From NCBI GenBank assembly GCA_963704885.1, contig CAVPIB010000004.1, forward strand, positions 704,001 through 768,000: a stretch of 64,000 bases of DNA. The letters are read 5' to 3'. The translations under genes and the position numbers were made by a program. Within the stretch, counting starts at the first letter, position 1, and each line of letters begins with the position of its first letter. The DNA comes from an uncultured Actinomycetes bacterium. GTDB taxonomy: Bacteria; Actinomycetota; UBA4738; HRBIN12. A model generated the notes under the pieces. It had not been told where the DNA came from and made no database searches. It saw only the letters and a list, made by a program, of their open reading frames with translations. Shown piece by piece: positions 60,354 to 64,000 of the stretch.

Positions 60354-61547
60354 GTGGTTTCCGTCGGAACTTCCCCCGGCGGTCCGGAGCTTGCTGGACA
60401 GCCGATCCGGATCCTGATCGCCGATGATGAGCCCGCCCTGCGCGGAGCCATCGCCGACCTGCTCTCGCACGAGGACGGCGTGGTGCTCGTGGGCGAGGCC
60501 GGCGATGCCGATCAGGCGATCGCGATGGCGGTGTCGCGGCGGCCAGATGTCGCGCTCGTGGACGTCAGCATGCCGGCCGGAGGCGGTCCGCGCGCCGCTC
60601 GCGAGATCATCCGCCTGTCCCCCGAGACCCGTGTTATCGCGCTCTCCGCGTTCGAAGACCGACCTACCGTGCTCGAGATGCTCAGGGCCGGCGCCGTGGG
60701 CTACCTGGTCAAAGGAACCGCGAGCGAAGACCTGATCGGATCGATCTCCAAGGTCTTCGACGGAGGCGCCAGCCTGTCCGCCGAGCTGCTCGACGGCATC
60801 GTGCACGAGCTCTCCTCGCAGCTCCGGCGCGAAGAGATCGAACTGGAAGAGCGACACGCCCTCCGTGGCGAGATCGACCGGTTCCTGACGGGCGAGGGCC
60901 TGACCATGGTCTTCCAACCGATCATGGAGCTCCGCAGCCGCCAGATCGTCGGGTGGGAGGCGCTCGCCCGCTTCCACTCTCTGCCGCTGCGGCCGCCGAA
61001 CGAGTGGTTCGCCGAGGCGGTCGAGCTGGAGTTGGGTGTGCAGCTGGAGCTGATGGCCATCCGGAGCGCCATGCGGTCGCTCCCCAGCGTGCCTGCCGGC
61101 GCCTACCTATCCGTCAACTGCTCCCCGCGCGCGGCGATGTCTCCGGAACTCGGCAAGACGCTCGGCGAGCACGCTCCACGGATGGTAGTGGAGATCACCG
61201 AGCACGAAGCGATCGAGGACTACGCGGCGCTGGCGACGACGCTCGAGGGACTGCGGACGCTCGGCCTGCGCATCGCGATCGACGACGCCGGCGCGGGGTT
61301 CGCCAGCCTGCGCCACACCCTACTGCTGCGACCCGACATGCTGAAGGTCGACATCAGCCTCACCAGGGACATCGACAACGATCGCGCCAAGCGCGCGCTG
61401 ACCTCCGCGCTCATCTCGTTCGCCGACGAGATGGGGATGTCGATCATCGCGGAGGGGATAGAGACCCAGGCCGAGCTGGAGACGCTCCAGTCCCTGGGTG
61501 TTCCGTTCGGGCAGGGGTACTTCCTGGCCGAGCCCGCCCCGCGCTAG
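60354..61547 (+). CDS. Response regulator c-di-GMP phosphodiesterase (REC-EAL)
   Basis: ILIADD, DVSMP, GYLVK; FQPI, EALAR, EITE, DDAGAGF, KVD, AEGIE, QGY. Confidence 0.92.
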   Translation: MVSVGTSPGGPELAGQPIRILIADDEPALRGAIADLLSHEDGVVLVGEAGDADQAIAMAVSRRPDVALVDVSMPAGGGPRAAREIIRLSPETRVIALSAFEDRPTVLEMLRAGAVGYLVKGTASEDLIGSISKVFDGGASLSAELLDGIVHELSSQLRREEIELEERHALRGEIDRFLTGEGLTMVFQPIMELRSRQIVGWEALARFHSLPLRPPNEWFAEAVELELGVQLELMAIRSAMRSLPSVPAGAYLSVNCSPRAAMSPELGKTLGEHAPRMVVEITEHEAIEDYAALATTLEGLRTLGLRIAIDDAGAGFASLRHTLLLRPDMLKVDISLTRDIDNDRAKRALTSALISFADEMGMSIIAEGIETQAELETLQSLGVPFGQGYFLAEPAPR

Positions 61548-61550
61548 CGC

Positions 61551-62516
61551 TCAGTCGATACGGCGGTCGATCGCCCACGAGGATCCGGCGGTCGACTTGG
61601 TGAAGGTCTTCATCTCGGTCGCTATCGCTACGGCCTCGGCGTAGTGCGCGAAGGATCGATGTTGTGTGGTGGCGATGCCGATCGAGATCGAGAGCATCGG
61701 GAAACGCTGGAGCTCACCGCGACGGTTGGCCACCTCGACGTAACCCCGCTCGCGGTCCTCCGGGTCGTAGAGCGTCGGTATCTCGGCGTCGAAGCGCGCG
61801 ACGATGCCCTCTGCGACATCGGTCGCCTTGTCCGGCGAGACGATCAGTACGAAGTCGTCGCCACCCACATGCCCGACGAAGGCCTCTGCGGCGGTCACCT
61901 CTCGTGAGACCTCCTCCAGCAACGTCGACGTCGCCTGGATGACCTGATCGCCGCGCATGAAGCCGTAGTGATCGTTGTAGGCCTTGAAGTGGTCGAGATC
62001 GGCGTACAGCAGTGCGAATTCCCGCCCGCTCTCAACCAGCTGATCGATCTCCTCTTCGATCCGAACGTTGCCCGGGAGCCCCGTGAGCGGAGACTGCGCT
62101 CGCATCTCTCGGGCCCGGCGCAAGACGCCGCGGATCCGGGCGAGCAGCTCCGGAGTGTCGAACGGCTTCACGATGTAGTCGTCCGCACCGATCGCGAACC
62201 CCTCCAGCTTGTCGGCGGAGAGGCCGCGTGCCGTGAGCATGATGATCGACACGGTAGCCGTGCGTGGGTCCTGGCGCAGACGGCGGGTCAGTTCGAACCC
62301 GTCCATGTTCGGCATCATGACGTCGGCCAGGACGAGATCGGGGCTGCGCTCCTGGGCGAGCTCCAAGGCCTGGTTGCCGTCACTCGCGACGCGCACATCG
62401 TAGCCGGCCGCCCGCAACTCGATCTCGAGCAGACGCGCGATGAACGGGTCGTCGTCGGCTACCAGCAGGCTCTCGCCGCCCGCAGCCTCGGACTGGTCGA
62501 TCTGTTGGTCGCTCAC
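61551..62516 (-). CDS. Response regulator diguanylate cyclase (REC-GGDEF, GGDDF variant)
   Basis: LVADDD, DVMMP, DDYIVKPF; SPLTGLPGN, DLDHFK.YND.YG..GD, HVGGDDF. Confidence 0.92.
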   Translation of the reverse strand: MSDQQIDQSEAAGGESLLVADDDPFIARLLEIELRAAGYDVRVASDGNQALELAQERSPDLVLADVMMPNMDGFELTRRLRQDPRTATVSIIMLTARGLSADKLEGFAIGADDYIVKPFDTPELLARIRGVLRRAREMRAQSPLTGLPGNVRIEEEIDQLVESGREFALLYADLDHFKAYNDHYGFMRGDQVIQATSTLLEEVSREVTAAEAFVGHVGGDDFVLIVSPDKATDVAEGIVARFDAEIPTLYDPEDRERGYVEVANRRGELQRFPMLSISIGIATTQHRSFAHYAEAVAIATEMKTFTKSTAGSSWAIDRRID

Positions 62517-62567
62517 GCCTCCCCCTGCTTGGTCAGGTGGGACATCCGCCCACGTCCACCGTCCCTA

Positions 62568-62596
62568 GGTTCGGCACTTTACTCTCGAAGATGTAG
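62568..62596 (-). promoter_or_regulatory. Sigma28/WhiG-like promoter of the REC-GGDEF gene
   Basis: CTACAT-N15-GCCGAACC. Confidence 0.5.
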
Positions 62597-62698
62597 CCAA
62601 TCCCGGTATTCGCTTCCGGCCGCTCTCAGGGGGCAACCCCATGCCGGGACGTCGTCGGCCGCGCGTGGCACGATAGGGCCACGGACGAGAGGGGTTGC

Positions 62699-64000
62699 AT
62701 GGAGACGCTCGACACGTTCCTGGATGCGATGGGCAACACCCCGCTCGTGCGTCTGCACTCGGTCACGCGCGGCGTGCGTCCGACCGTGCTCGCCAAGCTG
62801 GAGATGCTGAACCCCGGCGGGAGCGTCAAGGACCGCATCGGGATCAGGATGATCGAGGCGGCCGAGAGATCGGGCCTGCTGAAGCCTGGCGGCACGATAG
62901 TGGAGCCCACATCGGGCAACACCGGTCACGGATTGGCGATCGCCGCGGCCATCCGCGGATACAAATGCATCTTCGTTATGCCCGACAAGATGAGCCAGGA
63001 GAAGATCGGGCTCCTGCGAGCCTACGGCGCCGAGGTCGTGATCTGCCCGACGGCGGTCGCGCCCGAGTCGCCCGAGTCCTACTACAGGGTCGCCGATCGG
63101 CTCGCCGAGGAGATCCCAGGGGCTTACCAACCCAACCAGTACTTCAATCCCGAGAACCCCAAGACCCACTACGAAACGACGGGACCGGAGGTCTGGCGTC
63201 AGACCGACGGGGCGATCGACGTGTTCGTGGCCGGTGTAGGGACCGGCGGCACCATCAGCGGCGTCGGGCATTACCTGAAGGAGCAGAACCCGAACGTGAT
63301 GGTGGTCGGCGCCGACCCCGAGGGCTCGGTCTACTCCGGTGACGAGCCTCGCCCCTATCTGGTGGAGGGGATCGGGGAGGACTTCTGGCCGGGAACGTTC
63401 GACCCCGCTGTGGTGGACCGGTATGTGAAGGTGTCGGACAGGGATTCGTTCCGGACGGCGCGCGCCGTTACTCGACAGGAGGGGATCTTGGTCGGTGGCT
63501 CTGCGGGGACGGCTGTCTTCGCCGCCCTGCACGTCGCGCGCGAGCTGGACGAGACCAAGACGATCGTGGTCCTGCTCCCGGACACCGGGCGCCAGTACCT
63601 GTCCAAGATCTACTCCGATTCGTGGATGCTGCAGCACGGGATGCTCGACCGCCCCGACGTGGTGCGCGTCGAAGAGGTGCTCACGCACAAGCACACGGAG
63701 ATGCCGCCGCTCATCACTGTCGGCGCGCACGACAAGGTGCGCCAGGCCGTGGACCGGCTGCAAGAGCACGACATCTCGCAGGCACCCGTCGTGCGCGAGG
63801 ACAGCACCGACGTGTCGCAGTTCGTGGGCTCGATCCGCGATCGTGAGCTGCTGGATCGGATCTTCCGCGACCCGGATGCGCTGCAGGCCGACGTGGCCGA
63901 GGTCATGGCAGCGCCGATCGCCATGGTGGAGTTCGACGACCCGATCGAATCGGCGTTCGCCGAGCTGGAGCACGGGTCCGCGGTGCTGGTGACCAAGGCG
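62699..64000 (+). CDS. cbs: Cystathionine beta-synthase (with C-terminal CBS domains; runs off the window)
   Basis: Manual translation: METLDTFLDAMGNTPLVRL...NPGGSVKDRIG...EPTSGNTG...GVGTGGT...EGIG, then CBS motifs. Confidence 0.93.
   Translation, partial: METLDTFLDAMGNTPLVRLHSVTRGVRPTVLAKLEMLNPGGSVKDRIGIRMIEAAERSGLLKPGGTIVEPTSGNTGHGLAIAAAIRGYKCIFVMPDKMSQEKIGLLRAYGAEVVICPTAVAPESPESYYRVADRLAEEIPGAYQPNQYFNPENPKTHYETTGPEVWRQTDGAIDVFVAGVGTGGTISGVGHYLKEQNPNVMVVGADPEGSVYSGDEPRPYLVEGIGEDFWPGTFDPAVVDRYVKVSDRDSFRTARAVTRQEGILVGGSAGTAVFAALHVARELDETKTIVVLLPDTGRQYLSKIYSDSWMLQHGMLDRPDVVRVEEVLTHKHTEMPPLITVGAHDKVRQAVDRLQEHDISQAPVVREDSTDVSQFVGSIRDRELLDRIFRDPDALQADVAEVMAAPIAMVEFDDPIESAFAELEHGSAVLVTKA

Noticed and set aside
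1-64000. Prophage, IS element, integrase, CRISPR-Cas, rRNA or tRNA
   Set aside because: No such genes, terminal repeats, repeat-spacer arrays or cloverleaf motifs were seen by eye. Short elements could have been missed without tools.

Overview
This is a GC-rich, gene-dense chromosomal segment. It is most likely from a deep-branching actinobacterium (inferred from an F420-type LLM enzyme, an Lsr2-like protein, Ku/LigD and pervasive leaderless -10 boxes). Main gene blocks: an NHEJ locus (ku, partial; ligD in Pol-PE-Lig order) interrupted by a candidate structured ncRNA, a vapBC pair and a large membrane receptor cyclase; argCJBRGH with ARG boxes; rmuC; a STAND-type cyclase; tldD/pmbA; glpX; an ECF sigma/anti-sigma pair; nfeD/SPFH; pilT; mrp; lgt; pepA; hutI/hutH/hutU; three c-di-GMP enzymes; and a partial cystathionine beta-synthase. 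I saw no CRISPR array, rRNA, tRNA or transposase. Single-base frameshifts in ligD, argC (x2), an aminotransferase (x2), an amidohydrolase and mrp look like assembly errors. Four observations stand out. (1) A single-pass receptor joins a cytoplasmic class III cyclase with a guanylyl-type Glu/Gly specificity pair to an extracytoplasmic beta-propeller and peptide-binding (SBP family 5) domain. (2) A roughly 175-nt end-paired structured RNA candidate lies divergent from ku. (3) A shared sigma28/WhiG-like promoter precedes pilT and both diguanylate cyclases. (4) An Lsr2-like protein carries a CxxC/CxxH site and two HMGA-type AT-hooks. All family assignments are from visual motif recognition; no searches were run.
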